64,000 nucleotides of DNA, taken from the human T2T-CHM13v2.0 reference genome, Homo sapiens. Below the pieces are notes generated by a model. That model was not told where the DNA came from and searched no databases. It worked only from the letters and a program-made list of their open reading frames with translations. This document shows, one piece after another, positions 40,495 to 56,612 of the stretch. Within the stretch, counting starts at the first letter, position 1. Each line of letters opens with the position of its first letter. Both the position numbers and the translations under genes were made by a program. The stretch is taken from NCBI RefSeq assembly GCF_009914755.1, contig NC_060925.1; one strand, 5' to 3'.

Positions 40495-42147
40495 TATGTC
40501 AGTCAATTTTCAATCAAGATACAGAAAACATATGAGATTAACTAAGGGGGAATAAAAGAGAACTCTAAAGAATACCACTAAAGTGAAGGAGAATGTACAA
40601 GGCCCAAAACTTAGAAGGAAGAGAGGATCCTCTCCACAGCTGGGATTCAGACCCTTGAGGAGGGTGTAGTTGCAGCCTATTGGATGGTAGAAAATTTCAC
40701 TGGATTGTCAGCCCAGAGATGGTCTCATGGTGGGCTGAAGGGGTGGGTTGCCCCTCCACACCTGTGGGTGTTTCTCGTTAGGTGGGACGAGAGACTTGGA
40801 AAAGAAAAAGAAACAGAGACAAAGTATAGAGAAAGAAATAAGGGGACCCGGGGAACCAGCGTTCAGCATATGGAGGATCCCGCCAGCCTCTGAGTTCCCT
40901 TAGTATTTATTCATTCGTCGGTGTTTCTCCGAGAGGGGGATGTGTCAGGGTCACAAGACAATAGTGGGGAGAGGGTCAGCAGGCAAACACGTGAACAAAG
41001 GTCTTTGCGTCATAGACAAGGTAAAGAATCAAGTGCTGTGCTTTTAGATATGCATACACATAAACATCTCAATGCTTTACAAAGCAGTATTGCTGCCCGC
41101 CTGTCCCACCTCCAGCCCTAAGGCGGTTTTTCCCTATCTCAGTAGATGGAACGTACAATCGGGTTTTATACCGAGACATTCCATTGCCCAGGGACGGGCA
41201 GGAGAGAGATGCCTTCCTCTTGTCTCAACTGCAAGAGGCATGCCTTCCTCTTATACTAATCCTCCTCAGCACAGACCCTTTACGGGTGTCGGGCTGGGGG
41301 ATGGTCAGGTCTTTCCCTTCCCACGAGGCCATATTTCAGACTATCACATGGGGAGAAACCTTGGACAATACCTGGCTTTCCTAGGCAGAGTTCCCTGCGG
41401 CCTTCCGCAGTTTTTGTGTCCCTGGGTACTTGAGATTAGGGAGTGGTGATGACTCTTAAGGGGCATGCTGCCTTCAAGCATCTGTTTAACAAAGCACATC
41501 TTGCACAGCCCTTAATCCATTTAACCCTGAGTTTGACACAGCACATGTTTCAGAGAGCACGGGGTTGGGGGTAAGGTCATAGATTAACAGAATCTCAAGG
41601 CAGAAGAATTTGTCTTAGTACAGAACAAAATGGAGTCTCCTATGCCTACTTCTTTCTACACAGACACAGTAACAATCTGATCTCTCTTGCTTTTCCCCAC
41701 AGTGGGCTAAGGTTAGTGGGCATGCCTGCTGAGATGCTGATGAAATTCAGAAGCTGCCTGTGAGGGTTTCTGTTGAACTTGCTGGGAAGCCAGCTGGAGC
41801 ACTGGCTGCCAAGAAGTTTCTCAGAGTATTTGGGGTGGGAGGATAGGAAGCCATTTTTGGGAAGATGAGTGGAAGTGAGCTGGGGCTTCTATAGATCCTG
41901 CCTTTGAGAAGCCAGATATGGGAGGGCTGCTGCTATCACCAGCGGTGTGCTCTACTGAGTGTCCTGCACACCACCGAATGCAAGAAGAAGCCAAGTACTC
42001 TGGAATCAGAGTGTCCAACATCCTGCCAGTGCCATCTATTGACAAAATCAACACCATGCCAACTTGCAAGAGAAAACGTTCTAGTTTCACAAGCAGGCCA
42101 TGAGGGGTGGATTTGGAACTCAGAAGCAATAAATGGCAACTGGTACA
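40495..42147 (-). mobile_element. Antisense LTR41-family solo LTR inserted in ERV-L pol (contains LTR5_Hs)
   Basis: Reverse strand begins tgtaccagtt..ttattgcttctgagttccaaatccaccc, homologous to the provirus LTRs; 5-bp TSD ggttc (40490-40494) and ggctc (42148-42152). Confidence 0.8.
40736..41701 (-). mobile_element. HERV-K(HML-2) solo LTR, LTR5_Hs-like, 966 bp
   Basis: Termini tgtggggaaaagcaagagagatcag...cccaccccttca on the - strand; 6-bp TSD gtgggc at 40730-40735 and 41702-41707. Confidence 0.96.
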
Positions 42148-42189
42148 GGCTCCTCTCATTATTATTCTTAATCACCCACTTGGAGAATG

Positions 42190-42540
42190 TTTGCTTCTTG
42201 TCTTTGCAAATTTGAACTCTGCTGGCTTGGATATCTTTGTTCCTAAGGCAAGGATGGGGGGAATCCTAGAGGACACAACGTTGGTTCCAATGAATGGAAG
42301 GATGAGACTGCCTCTAGCCATTTGGGGTTCTTACGTCACCTATCAAACAGGCCGATAAAAGGGTTACTCTTTTGGATGGAATGATTGATCCTGGTTTCCA
42401 CGGAAAAATTGGATTGCTTCTACACGATGGGGACAGGAGGGCTATGTCTGGAACTAAGGGGATTCTGCGGGTGTGCCTCTTAGTACTTCCAAGCCCAACT
42501 GTACAGGTTAATGGAGAACTTCATCAATCCAAAAAAGGCA
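42190..42540 (+). pseudogene. ERV-L dUTPase remnant
   Basis: DTTLVPMNGRMRLP and GMIDPGFHGKIGLLLHDG downstream of integrase, the ERV-L position. Confidence 0.82.
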
Positions 42541-42813
42541 GGATAATTGAGGGCTCCTATCATTCAAGAATGAAGTTTTGACTTTCTCTTCCTGGTAAAA
42601 AAAAAACCCCAACTAGCTGAGGTTCTGGTTGAGGGTAGGGAAGATTCGGAATGGGTAGTGGAAGAAGGAAATCATAGATATAAATTATGGCCTTGTGGTC
42701 AGTTACAGAAATGAGGACTAGAGTAGCTTTGCATATTTTCTCATTTATTGTTATGTGTATATATTTATGACTATGTTAATTGTTTCCTTCTCCTTCTTCC
42801 CGTTGGTATTATT

Positions 42814-43116
<303 letters not shown>

Positions 43117-43340
43117 TATTTTTCTTTCCAACTATTATTTCAGGTTCAGGGGTTACATGTGCAGGTTTGTTACATGGGTAAATTATGCGTCGCAGGGATT
43201 TGGTATACAGATTATTTTGTCACCCAGGTAATAAGCATGGTACCCAATAGGTAGTTTTTTGATCCTTACCCTCCTCCCAGCCTCCACCCTCAAGCAGGCC
43301 TGGGTGTCTGTTGTTCCCTTCTTTGTGTTCATGTGTTCTC
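43117..43340 (-). mobile_element. Old L1PA (PA13-16-like) 3' end
   Basis: tacatgtgcaggtttgttacatgggtaaatt...tcacccaggtaataagcatggtacccaataggtag. Confidence 0.85.
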
Positions 43341-43635
43341 CCCATTGTTATTTATATACCAGTTATTGGAGGTTAACTTTACCATATGGCCTTTAGGAAA
43401 CAGAATATTCAGTGTGACTGTGCTGATTTTGAGGAGTTGTTCATATAGCCAGCAAGGGGTGAATGATGTTGGAACTACGTGTCTCCTTATTTTGAGGCAA
43501 GGGTGGGAACTTCCTTATGTGTACAAGGGATAACTGCATCTCCTTAGGTGGAAACACAGAGTTGCCTTGTTGTGAAGGGAAGTTTAAAAGTGTGTAGTAG
43601 ATATATATGGAAGCTGATTCGTCAAAGGCAAGGAC

Positions 43636-44252
<617 letters not shown>

Positions 44253-44686
44253 TGAGATGAAGATTTGGCCTCCCCCTTGCTCTCCTCTTGGCCTTTCTCT
44301 TCACCTCTGCCTCCTTCAGATCCGTCTTGGAAAGTCCCAGTTTCTGTGTGAACATGGTGAAGATGAGGATGTGGCATCTTCCCAGCATGCCTTGCAGAAA
44401 GGCCAAAGCCTAGAGCTGGGAATCAGGATGCCTGGGTTCTAGGCCCAGCTCAGCTTCTAACCTATGTCCTTTACAGGTGGGGAAAGTGAGGAGAAGTTGT
44501 GTCAGATGCCTACTTCCATCCAAGCTGCTCTAATGACCTGCAAAGGCTTTCTCCTCACCTCAATTTCCATGATGTTCTGTGATCCTCATGACAACCCTTC
44601 TTCTTACGGCTTGGCTGGATAGATCTTGTCATTATTATTCCACTTACATTATTATTCCAGTTGTATTATCGTTATTCTGATTAATA

Positions 44687-44887
44687 CAGTGCTTCTTAAC
44701 TGGGGGCAATTTTGCTTCCCAGGGACCATTTGGTTATCACAATGTGGTTTTGCTACTGACATCTAGTGGGTAGAGGCCAGCGATGCTGCTAAATATCCTA
44801 CAATACATGGGACAGCCCCCGCCTTGGCCCCTCAACAAGAAATTATCTGGCCTGCAATGTCAGTAGTGCTGAGGATGAGAAGTCCTG
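44687..44887. mobile_element. MER20 hAT DNA transposon
   Basis: cagtgcttcttaactgggggcaattttg...gtgctgaggatgagaagtcctg; 8-bp TSD gattaata/aattaata. Confidence 0.88.
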
Positions 44888-47800
44888 AATTAATAGGTAT
44901 AGAAAGAGGGGTCTTACAAGGGGAGGTGGCTTGCCCAGGGTCACACAGAAAGTGAGCAGCAGAGCTTGGATGAGAGCCTAGGCACTGAAACCCCTAGCCC
45001 TGGTCTTTTCAACCCTTCCCCATTCTTCTCCCAGGTCCAAGGGTAGGAAGGCAATGGAAAGCCAGTGAAACCTTCCCCGAGGAATTCTGTGCCTGCAGGT
45101 GGCTGACATTCTCCTCTCGCCTCCCTGCCTTACCAATCCCCAGCCACTTGCCAAGGCAGCCATCTGCTTTCTCAACTCCTGTTCTGAGCTGCTGAGAAGC
45201 TGCTGAGAAAACTGCACTTAGTGAGTACTGGCAACATCGCCAAGGGGTGATTGCCAACGTCAGCGGGCTCCAGCATCACCCATCGTTTCTGCCACCTCCC
45301 TGTCATCTGCTCCAACCGCCCTTCCCTTCAAGGACTATTCAGATCCTCCACCTTTCTTAAGTTCTCCCCTAGTCCCACCATCAGCTTTTTCACTCCCAGT
45401 AGTGACCTGACTTTCTCAAATACTCCCTTCTCTCCTGAACCTGTTCTCAGCCCGCTTGGGAAGAGGACTCTTAACTATCTCAGGACAGACTCTCTCCTCT
45501 GGTTGAGGGCCAGTCCGTTTCCACCTTCCGGACTGATTCCTTTCTGCCTTTGCGGGACATTGTCCCTATAGCGTTCTCTCTCTCTGTCCCCACTTCCCCC
45601 GGCATTTGTCAGCACCCCTGACTTCCCTGCATAAAGCCTGCTCAATCTCCCCCATACTTAATTTTAAAATAAATTCCTTTCTTGAAATCTTCTGGCCCCT
45701 CGAGCCACTTTCATTTCTTCCCCTCCCATCCACATACTGTTTGTACTGCCCAGATGAGCCACTCACCCTGCTTGCTCCAGCTGCAAACCTCCTACTCACC
45801 TTCAAACCCAGCTCAGATGTCAGCTTTCCTAAGATGCTGTAACAGATGTGGTTGGTGTCCCCCTCCCCTTGGCACTCTGAGTTCTGCAGTTACAGACAGT
45901 TCTGAGCATGCTGACAGCTTCCCACCTCAAATGCCTGCATCTCTTTCTCTCTCTGGCACCTGGAGAACTTGCTTGTCTGTGTGGCAGGTGTCAGCTAGGA
46001 GTACAGGGGACAGGAGGAGTTAATGCCTCGAGAGGTGGTGAACAGTGCCCACTACCCCTTGAGTCATGAGAGTGGGCTCTGGGGGCATCTTCCACGCAGG
46101 CCTCAGAGGCTCCCCAGCAGGACTGAGCCCCGAAGCTGCCGTCGCTGTAACCCACTGCCTAGTGCTTAGTTCATGCTTCACTGACTTTTCTCTTTTCCCC
46201 ACTTAGTCGTTCCATTTCCACACTTTATCTGAGAGGGTTCCCCTCTCAGATAAACTATCAGCACTGGGGCCCTTGACTCAGGGCAAGCTGTTGAAATGAC
46301 CATTTCCTGGGGTTGCTCACATTGGAAGCAACAGGTGGTTCATCCATGTGCTTCAAAAAGAGCACCCTTTGGGGCAGCCACCCTGAGACACACCCCTGTC
46401 CCCCTAACCCTGGAGGGAGTTAACTGCTCCCTCCTCCTGTTCCCTGATGCCTGTTATTGTTTCTTGACACAGAGTTTCTGTCTCTTGTTCCAGACTGTGA
46501 GTCCCTGAGATAAAAGCAAGCTCTTCCCTACCTCTGTGTCCCCTTAACCTGGCATGTCACCCTGGCACATCAGTGGCCAAGAAATGTTTACTGAGTGAGT
46601 GAGAAAAGGAATGGATGAAGGGGATAGGAGTCTCCAGGGCCACCCATGGTGGGTGACCAGCCCCGCGGAGAGAACTGTCCCATGGATGTGGTCCTCTCAA
46701 CCCCGCCTTCTCCTCTCCGCCAAGGGGGCCTATCTCTGCCCACCCCTGCCTGGCCCAGAACCCCTCACCCTGACCCCCGTCCTACCTGCTATGATGCAGT
46801 CTGCCTGGTGCAGGCCAGGAAAAGTCCCCAGACAGGGGAGCGGGCCCCTCGGTAGGAGATTCCGGCTCTGGCTAAATAAAGGTCACAGGAACCCAGTGAA
46901 ATGCTGTTATAATGCGACATAATTCAGTGCTGCCTTCCAGCAGATGTCGCTTTGGAGGGATGGATTTGTCCCAGCTGGACTCTGGGGTGCTTTCTGAAGC
47001 ACACGGAAGAACCACCTGCTGCTTCTGATGTGAGCAGCCCCAGGAAATGGTAATTTTGACAAATCAACGTATTCAAGCCAAACGCATGGACCCAGTTTCC
47101 AGCAGGAGGAATTACAATCCTCGCTGAGGAAGTGAAACAGCTGCTGTGGAGCCAAGCGGCTGTACAGGCTACGTCCAGCCCCGAAGCCCCAGGGGAACAG
47201 GATGCTCCTAGCACAGATCGCCAGGGAGTCAAACTCAGCACCCTGGTCCCATAAAGGACCATTTTACAGATGAGAAAACAGGCCTGTGGCAAACTGAGGC
47301 AAAGGAGCGCTTGCCCAAGGTCACACACACTGAGCCAGTGGCAGACCTGGGGCCCTGAGCTGAATCCAGACAGCTCTGGCCCCACCCTCTCCCACGGCTC
47401 TGAGGAGCTGGCAGGTGAGACTCGTGCTGAAATAAAAACTAAAACAACCGACATCGTGACCAACTCACAGGTTGGGCCTGCCCTTTTGTTACAGATGCTG
47501 ATCTGGGAATGAGAGACTCTGGGATCTGATGCTGGTTCTGCCCCTACCTTCCTGTGTGACCTGAGTTTCCCCATTCAAGGGGCATAATGCTCCACTTCCC
47601 AGGATGATGTGAGGATCACGTGAGGTCCAGGAGAAACTCCTTGGCACACTGTGTGAAAGTAAACCTGGGAACAGTGTTATCGTCACCCACACACCTGCAG
47701 TGATGGGATGCTGAGGACAGGGATGGTCCTTCCTTGAGCTGCTAGAAGTGAAGGAGAAACCAACGTGTCTTTTCCCAGGCACACAGCTCTGAGCTAGGGG

Positions 47801-48624
47801 AGGGGCCTCAGGGTGGGTTGTAAGTCTGGAGGCCTTGGCCATCCTTCCTCCCATAATGTAGGGGTGTCTCTGAAGCCATATTCCCCTTTCTGTCCCAGCA
47901 GGTGACATGGAATCTCAGCTCTTAAACATCCTGGCTACAAAGGTTTGGCAGTGCTGGGTTGGGGGCAAATATCTGGGGAAGGGAAAGAGAGAAAGAAGAG
48001 GCTTACAGAGAAATGGGGAGGAAGAAGAGGAGGGTGAGAAGAAAAGGAGGAGGTGGGAGAGGATGAGGAGGAAAAGAAAGACAGAAGGAGACAGTGGAAC
48101 ATTTGGAGGAGGACTGTTTCCATTCTATGGTACAAAATGCAAGCAGAAATTGTGGGCTCTAGAATCAGAAAAATCTAAAATCAAAGGCTGGCTCCACCGC
48201 TCAGTATTTGGGGGACTTTGGGCTAATCATTCAACTGTTCTAAACTTCAGTTTTCACATCTGTAAAATGGGGATAAGAACGGTGCCCATTTCTTAGAGAT
48301 AATCTTGGCAAAGCATTCAGTACTATGCCTGGCCAGGAGCAAGTCCTCAATATGCAGTAGCTAGAGTGGCAGCAGAAGTGGGAAAAGGAGCTGTAAATCT
48401 ACAAATGTGTGTGTTCTGGGAGAGTCTGGAAAACCCATCCCACTGGAAGGTAAGACGGCTTGTTCATGCAGAGGAGCAGATGGATTTGTCCAAGTTGAGA
48501 GAAGTCTGAAGAGGCACAGAAGCCCAAATCACACATGCAAAGGAATGCAGTTAACAAATTTTACTGTGAGGACAACAGTTTATGTATTAACGGTGGCTAA
48601 ACTGATAAATATATAAGAAGCTGA

Positions 48625-48905
48625 GGCCGGGTGCAGTGGCTCACACCTGTAATCCCAGCACTTTGGGAGGCCGAGGTGGGTGGATCACCTGAGATCAGGA
48701 GTTCAAGACCAGCCTGGCCAACATGGTGAAACCCCATCTCTACTAAAAATACAAAAATTAGCCAGGCGTGGTGGTGGGCACCTGTAATTCCAGCTACTCA
48801 GGAGGCTGAGGCAGGAGAATCACTTGAACCTGGGAAGCAGAGGTTGCAGTGAACCGAGATCACACCATTGGACTCCAGCCTGAGGGATAGAGCGAGACTC
48901 TGTCT

Positions 48906-48934
<29 letters not shown>
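48625..48934 (+). mobile_element. Alu (AluSx-like)
   Basis: Full Alu, long A tail, flanking aagctga repeat. Confidence 0.95.
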
Positions 48935-48939
<5 letters not shown>

Positions 48940-50924
48940 GAAGGCCAATTTCATGTCAATAGATCACTCAGGAAGAAATGTACATGGAGAACCCATGAAC
49001 AAATGACTGTCATGTCTCCTGTTAGGGAGACAGAGAGGGCGATCCACAGTGAGGGATCACTGACTGTGGGGCAGCCACACTGGGGCACGCACTGGGGTCC
49101 ACAGCAAATGAGGTGCAGCAGCTGAAACAACACGCCCTCAGTCCCACAATGGGTGAGTAGTGGAGCTTGGACTCCAACCCACCTCTGTCTGCAGCCAAAG
49201 CTCTGAATTGGCTAACACCATGTCTGAAGGCTGGATGCTCCCAGGCCTGTAAGGCCCAGCGAGACTGGGGAACAGAGCAGCCCTAGACGGATGGGTATAG
49301 ACACTTGGGGTGCGGGCCCCTTCCCTTTAGTCATGATGGGCCAGACAAGAAGTTTGGCTAGAGACCATGTCTGCAAGCCCAGGTTGGCTGTGCTGAGCTG
49401 CAGGCTTTCCATCTCCCTGGAACTGTGAAATCCTTGCAGGCTTTCCCCTCAGCCCCCACCAAGATAGGCACCCCCATCCCTGCACTTGGAGACTGGAGCT
49501 TTCTCTTCTTAGCAGATGCTACCTGGGTGGTTGTGACTACAGGGCTGTGGGTGGAGATGAGACAACTCAGGATGTACACATTTTTGAATTGGGATAAAAT
49601 ACCAGCTAAATATTTGTCCTAGATTTTTCCTTCTGAGGAATTGAATTATGAGATGCCAGTTGTTTTAATATGAGCTATGCATTATCACACACAGAGTCTA
49701 TTACATGCATAGTAAGCCATACACATGCATACAGAAGCAACTACACACACAGATACACACCCACACACACAAAGAGGAGGACCTAGCAACTATTTTCCTA
49801 AGGGACCATTTTCAGGGCTCACTTCCAGAACATTGAATGGTTCTTAGGAAGCAGAGATAGTCTCCAAACTCAAGAAAATATTTTTCCTAGGACCTGTAAA
49901 TGCTACACATGATAATTGTCCTAATCTTGTTCCTCTAGGTCCTCTACTATCCAGCCCTCCCTTGCCCTGAGGATTATTACTTCCCTAGCCCTTGGAGTAC
50001 TCAGCTTCCTCGGGTCTCCCCGAGCCACCCTCCTTCATCTAGCTTCCAGAAGGTGAAGACAGAATAGAAACTTTAAGGTCAGAGCTCATCTGTGGAAATG
50101 GGTTAATCCAGTTTTAGCATCATGGACAGCCCCCTATCCCCGCCCCCAATTTCTTCCCTCCCAGTAATGGAGGAGGCTGAGGTTCCATTTTGATAAGTTT
50201 GGGAAAGAGAAACTGGGAGCTTCCTGCTAATAGCATTAGGACATGGGGACACCCAGGTTACTGAGAGGTCTGCATCCAGACAGGGCTTCGTCTACTCCAG
50301 CCACAGGCTCATAGGTTCTTTAAATTCTCCAATCTAATATTTCAAAGCCATGCATATTTTGCCCTCTGTGATATATCCATGATTGTTTTAATATAAAATA
50401 TAAAATAATGGGCATTTTCCACACAGAGGGAGGATGTCCTATACCCATCTTATGGCTTCATGTATCTCTGGGCACACTGCCAAAATTCTTCTGGGGTGTG
50501 TGGTGTGAGGTACACTGCCCATGGAGTGAAGGCCAAGATCCTTAACTTGGAATTCAACATTTTATGTTCTGGCTCCTAACTTTTCCCAATCATCATCCAC
50601 CACTTCCTCATTTTCCTCCCCTATTTTCATCCCTGCCCACCCTCACATGTCACACAAGATTTACTCTCCCCTCCCAAACTCCCTACACATAACAACAGGG
50701 TCGCTTTGAGCCCCTGACCCACCTCCAGTTCTCTTTAGACTGAACCCTCTCCCCATGGGAGAAAGTGGGTCTTTCCACCCCTGCCTTCTCTGCTCCTGCC
50801 TATGAATACAGACACACAGGTCCTCATCCTCTGAACAATCTGAGGTTCAGCCCACGCCACCCAATACGGCAGAGGAGTGGTTCTGCTGTTGTTAAGGAAT
50901 AAACATTAGCCGAACACCATGGAT

Positions 50925-51693
<769 letters not shown>

Positions 51694-52529
51694 TTGTTTC
51701 TCTTTTTGATTCTTGTCTTATAACATGGGCTCCTCATCATTGCTCTTCCTCCCTCACCCCTGCCACAGACACCAATGAACTAAGGAGTTTCAAATCTTGC
51801 CCAGGACAGCTGCAGCTGGAGAGTAAAGAAAGGGTCGAGGCTTTGGGGGATTTTCCTCACCCTATAGTCTAATTGTGGCTCAGTGAACCTTCAACAGAGA
51901 TAGAGGCTGTGTGCGAACTGAGGCCTCTGCCTCAAAGCCTCCGTGTGAAATCTCTTCCGGTGAGATTTCCTGCTGCTCTAGCATCGGGCTGGGGCCTCCA
52001 GGAGGCTGTTGGGGTGGACAGAAGGAATTGCAGCTGTCCCTGTCAGCATCATGAATGGCCCTGATCCTGGGAGGTTAGAGCAGGAAGGTGCCACTCCCAC
52101 ACTGGTCAACAGCTCCATGGACACCTGCTGTATGCCAGGCCTGTCCTGGGCTTGGGGGCCACATGGATGGGTTGGACATCGCCCTTTTCCTCGGGGAGTT
52201 CACAGTCTATGGGCTGGTGGATGAATCACAAATTTAGCCCAGAGAGTGGGCATAAATCAGCCCAGGTCCCACAGCCAGACAGCAGACAGGGTTGGGACAG
52301 AGCCCAGGGTTCCTGACACTCGGGCTGCCCGACCAGGACTTACTGTGCAGGTGCCAGGCCAGCAAGAGGGGTCGGGAGATGTTTTCCAGGGCAAGACCCT
52401 GATTTGTGATACGAAGTGTACACGGAGACAGAATCAGAAGGAAAGGGACTGGATCCACAGAAGTGCTTGCACCTGCTGGCTGCTCCCTGTCTCCAACGCT
52501 TATCCAATTCTGTACTTGAAAAATGGCAC

Positions 52530-53065
52530 CGCATCAGTTAGGACCTGCAAACACCAACAAACGGGCTTAGGCAAATTTGGCAAGTCAGCGGCGCAGCCGA
52601 CCGAGAACTCCAGAGCGAGTGCTACTCAGTTGCCCTTTGATCCTGGGTTCAGGTTTGGGCTCCATCTCTCTGGCATTCTCTCCTTTCTCCTCGACTGTTG
52701 CTGTCCTTGCTGGCCCGTCACACCCTCACTCTGCAGCGACCAGAAAAAAAGAGCCAGTCGCTTCCGGGACGTCCCTCTGAAGAGAGGGACAACTCCTCTT
52801 TCCCAGAAACCCCAGCGAACATCTCCTCGCCTTTCATTGGTCTGAACTGGGTCATGTGCCATTTCCTGAACCAATCACTTTATCCAGCAAGATAGGCTAG
52901 CCCCACGGCTTAGGCCAATCAGAACCCGGCCCTGGAGCTGAGGGTGGGTCGTTCAGGGCACGTGTTGAGAGGACAGGGTAGTTCCCTGAGGGAGGGTCTG
53001 TCGATTTGGTGGGAAGTGCTGACATGGAGGCTGGGGAGGCAAACAAAGCCCTGAGATAGTCGCCA
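52530..53065 (-). mobile_element. MLT1K-like MaLR LTR
   Basis: cattggtctgaactgggtcatgtgccatttcctgaaccaatcact...ttaggccaatcag..cctggagctg. Confidence 0.7.
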
Positions 53066-55044
53066 TCGCCATTGCCTGAGATCATTAATATGATCCAGTC
53101 AATCAGAACTCCCCCCGCTGCTCCAGCCCTGTCTTCGTGTCCTGCCTTATGGCCAAGCCCTCTGCTTAGTGGAATGGAGTCCCCCTCATCCATACTGGCT
53201 CATGACTCCATTCATTTGCCCTTGCTGTGCCCTCCATCCGGGATTCTCAGCCCCTAATCTCTACCCTCCTTATCTTTTAGATCCCAGGTCAAGCTTCACC
53301 TTTTGCAATTTTGAAATGAATAATCTCTGCCGGGGATTCCCACAGCACCTCGCTCCCACCATCATTTCCAACACCATTATGGTCAGCTTTCCTTATGGCA
53401 TCCCTGCCCCTACTTTCTACCTGCTATCGGCGCAGAGCTTGCCAGTTCCTTGAAGGTTTGGCTCTGGATAGGACTTAATTAATTTCTCTGTTCTCAGACT
53501 CTGGGTACTGCCTGGTTTAAAGAAAGAACTCAATATTTGTTGAATTAATGAAAATAAGTTTCTGTTGAAGACATGACTTCTTTGAAGTTGTTTGCATTTT
53601 AACAAATGGCAAAGCCTCAAGCCATAGAAATGGAGCTCCAGTGGTAGAATTTCAAGCACCAATAAGCTGGATACAGAAGCTCCCTTTAATGCTTGGGGGA
53701 GGAGATGACTGTCTTGGAAAGTGGAATTTTCTATTCCTGCCTTTTCAGTGCAAAAAACAATCACGTTGTCTCCTGAAAACAAATGTGTTTCCCTTTGGCT
53801 GTCTGGTGGGAGGAAACTTCTCTAGTCTTGTCAGCTTTCCTGCCCTGGTTCTGGTTGACAGAATGTTCCTCCTGATCCCTGTGAGTTGTGTGGGTGATGC
53901 CCTGGTTGACCTTCTCAGCTCTCTGACCCCCCAGCCCCCAAGCTTGCCTGCCAGTCTATCTCTGCCTAGGTGGGGAGGCCCCAACGTTAGTTGGGAGTTT
54001 GAAGAAGCCTTGTTCTGCAGCTCAGGCATTTCCACATCAAGCCCATTGTCTTGACTGCTTCTCTCCAGCTGACCTGAGGCACATCCTGACCATTTGTGCC
54101 CTCCTTGGTCCTCCAGTCAAGCCCACCTCATGCCCCAGCTCCACATGCTATGCATGCTCTCTGCCCTCAAGCTTGTCCCCTCCAGTCTAACCCAGAATGC
54201 CCGTCAGCAGCACAAAGCTGGCTGGGTCCCTCCCAGCTGGAAACCCTTCCCAGGCTCCCAGTGCCCTCAGCTCACAGCCCATGCAGAGGCACAGACATCA
54301 GCCAGACACAAACCATAAAGCATGTGTCCCTACTTTTGCACCTGCCTTTCTCCCTGTCTAGATGCCCTCCCCTCTCTGTTGATCTGGTGAGCTGTTACTC
54401 ATGCCTCAAGATCCAGCTCCAATATACCCTTCTTAGTGAAGCCCTCCCTGCTTGGCCTATTTCTGTCTTGGCACATGTCCCCTCGTCTGTCTCCTCCACT
54501 AAACTGTGAACATACCTAGGTCAGAAGCCAGAGTGATTTTTCTGTCTCCAGCATCAGACAGCAGAAGAGGTGTCAATGTGTGTTTGTAGAGGGTTAAATG
54601 AAGGATCGAACTTGCTACTGTTGCAATAACAGCAACAATTATATCTTTTATTTTGGAGAATATGCTGCACACCAGGCACTGTGCTAGGCAGTTTGCCTGC
54701 ATTTGTCTGCTATGGCTTCACAAGCCTTTCTGAGTTTGGTATGATCATTAGGTGCATTTTACAGATGAGACACAGTGTGCTCAGAGAGGTTAAGGGGCAG
54801 TCCAAGGTCACACCATGAAGGAGTGAAAGGGCTAGAACTTGAAATCAGGGATGTCTGGCTCCACTTTCTTCATTTACTGGGGACGTACTATGTTCCAGGT
54901 GCTGTTCTGTGGTCTGGGGATACAGAATAAGCCAAGTCCCTGCCTTTGTGGAGCTCACATTCTAGTGTATGGTGTAGGGAGGGGACAAACAACAAATGAA
55001 TATATGACAAATGCCAGGGGCTGATCAGTACTATGTAGTGGGGA

Positions 55045-55385
55045 CATATTAGTTTGCTAGGGCTGCCATAACAACACTACAGACTAAGTGGCTTAAACAA
55101 CAGAAATGTATTTTCTCATAGTTCTGGAGGCTGGAAGTCCAAGATCAAGGTGCTTGCGGGGTTAGTTTCTTTGGAGTCTCTCTCCTTGGCTAGCCACCTT
55201 TGTGCTATGTCCTCAAGTGGTCTTTCCTTTGTGTCCACTTTGATATCTGTGTGTCCTAATCTCTTAGGGCCTCATTTTTGACTTAATCACCTTCTAGAGG
55301 CCCTATCTCTAAATACAGTCACATTCTGAGGTACTAGAGGTTATGACTTCAACACGAGTATTTTGAGGGGACAAAAGCAATTTAG
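55045..55385 (-). mobile_element. MLT1A/B/C-like MaLR LTR
   Basis: attagtttgctagggctgccataacaa...gttctggaggctggaagtccaagatcaagg. Confidence 0.85.
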
Positions 55386-56300
55386 GGAGTCAAAGAGTGA
55401 TAGATGGGGGTTGGTGACACTTTAGGGGACATCTGAGCAGGGATGGGAATGAACTGAAGGTCAAACCCTGCTTACAGCTGAGGGAAGCATACTCCTGGGC
55501 AGGAGAAACAGCCTGTGAAAAGGCCCTGGGGAATAGCAGAAGGTCACTGTGGGCAGAGCTTTGTGCTGGGGAAAGGAGAGGGGATGAGGTCAGGGGGGGA
55601 GTGGGAGTTGAGGGGGCAGATGCATGCACGTTCCCAGAACATCTTTACAGAACTTAATGGCTCAAATGGACTGACTCTTCCTACCCCTAGGAGTATGTAG
55701 TTCAACACCTGTGTTGTGCAGAAGGGGAAATTGAGGGCCAGAATGGGAAAGGACCTGTCCAGAGTCACACAGTGTGTTGGTGTTGGACGTCCTGCCCAAA
55801 GACTCTGCCTTTAGCAGCCCTCTCTTGGGGGAGGTGGGGACGGAGCGACAGCTGGTGCAGGCAAAGCTCTGCTGAGAGGACAGATTTGAGGATTGGGATT
55901 ATCATTATTGTTATTGTTATCCCTGTGCAGAAGTGACAGTGGATCCCACCAAGAGCCAAGGGGAGAAGAGGAGCCCAAGTGTGAGGGGCTCAGGGCAGCT
56001 GCTCCCTGAGTGGGGAGAGTGATTTCTACCCAGGCATTGTCCTCCTGCCTTCTCCTGATGTGCTTCCTTAATGCCAGCTTATTAAGCAGTTTCCACCCTA
56101 ACAAACATGGGTGCAGCCTCGGCCACTGTGAACCCTCTGCCAGGCTGGGGGAAGTCCCAGGTCCTGTCACCAAAATTACCATTGAACGAGCATTGAAGAG
56201 AAGGTGCCAGGAGTGGTGCAGCCCCTCACTAGCACCATCTTGTCCATCCTCACCTCATGGAACAGGAGGGCATAAAGCCCATTTTAAAGATGAGGTGACT

Positions 56301-56612
56301 GGCCGGGTGTGGTGGCTCACGCCTGTAAGCCCAGCACTTTGGGAGGCTGAAGCGGGTGGATCACTTGAGGTCAGGAGTTTGAGACCAGCCTGGCCAACAT
56401 GGTGAAACCCCGTCTCTACCAAAAATACAAAAATTAGCTGGGTGTAGTGGCGCACAGCTGTAGTTCCAGCTACTTGGGAAGCTGAGGCAGGGGGATTGCT
56501 TGAAGGTAGAGGTAGAAGTTGCAGTGAGCCAAGAACATGCTACTGCACTTCAGCCTGGGTGACAGAGGGAGACTCCATCTCAAAAAAAAAAAATAAATAA
56601 AAAAATAAAAAA
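56301..56612 (+). mobile_element. Alu
   Basis: Flanking tgaggtgact at 56291-56300 and 56616-56625. Confidence 0.95.

Noticed and set aside
35660-42600. Domesticated ERV-L gag, pol or dUTPase gene
   Set aside because: Many stops, frameshifts and insertions; the longest fragments are about 100 aa
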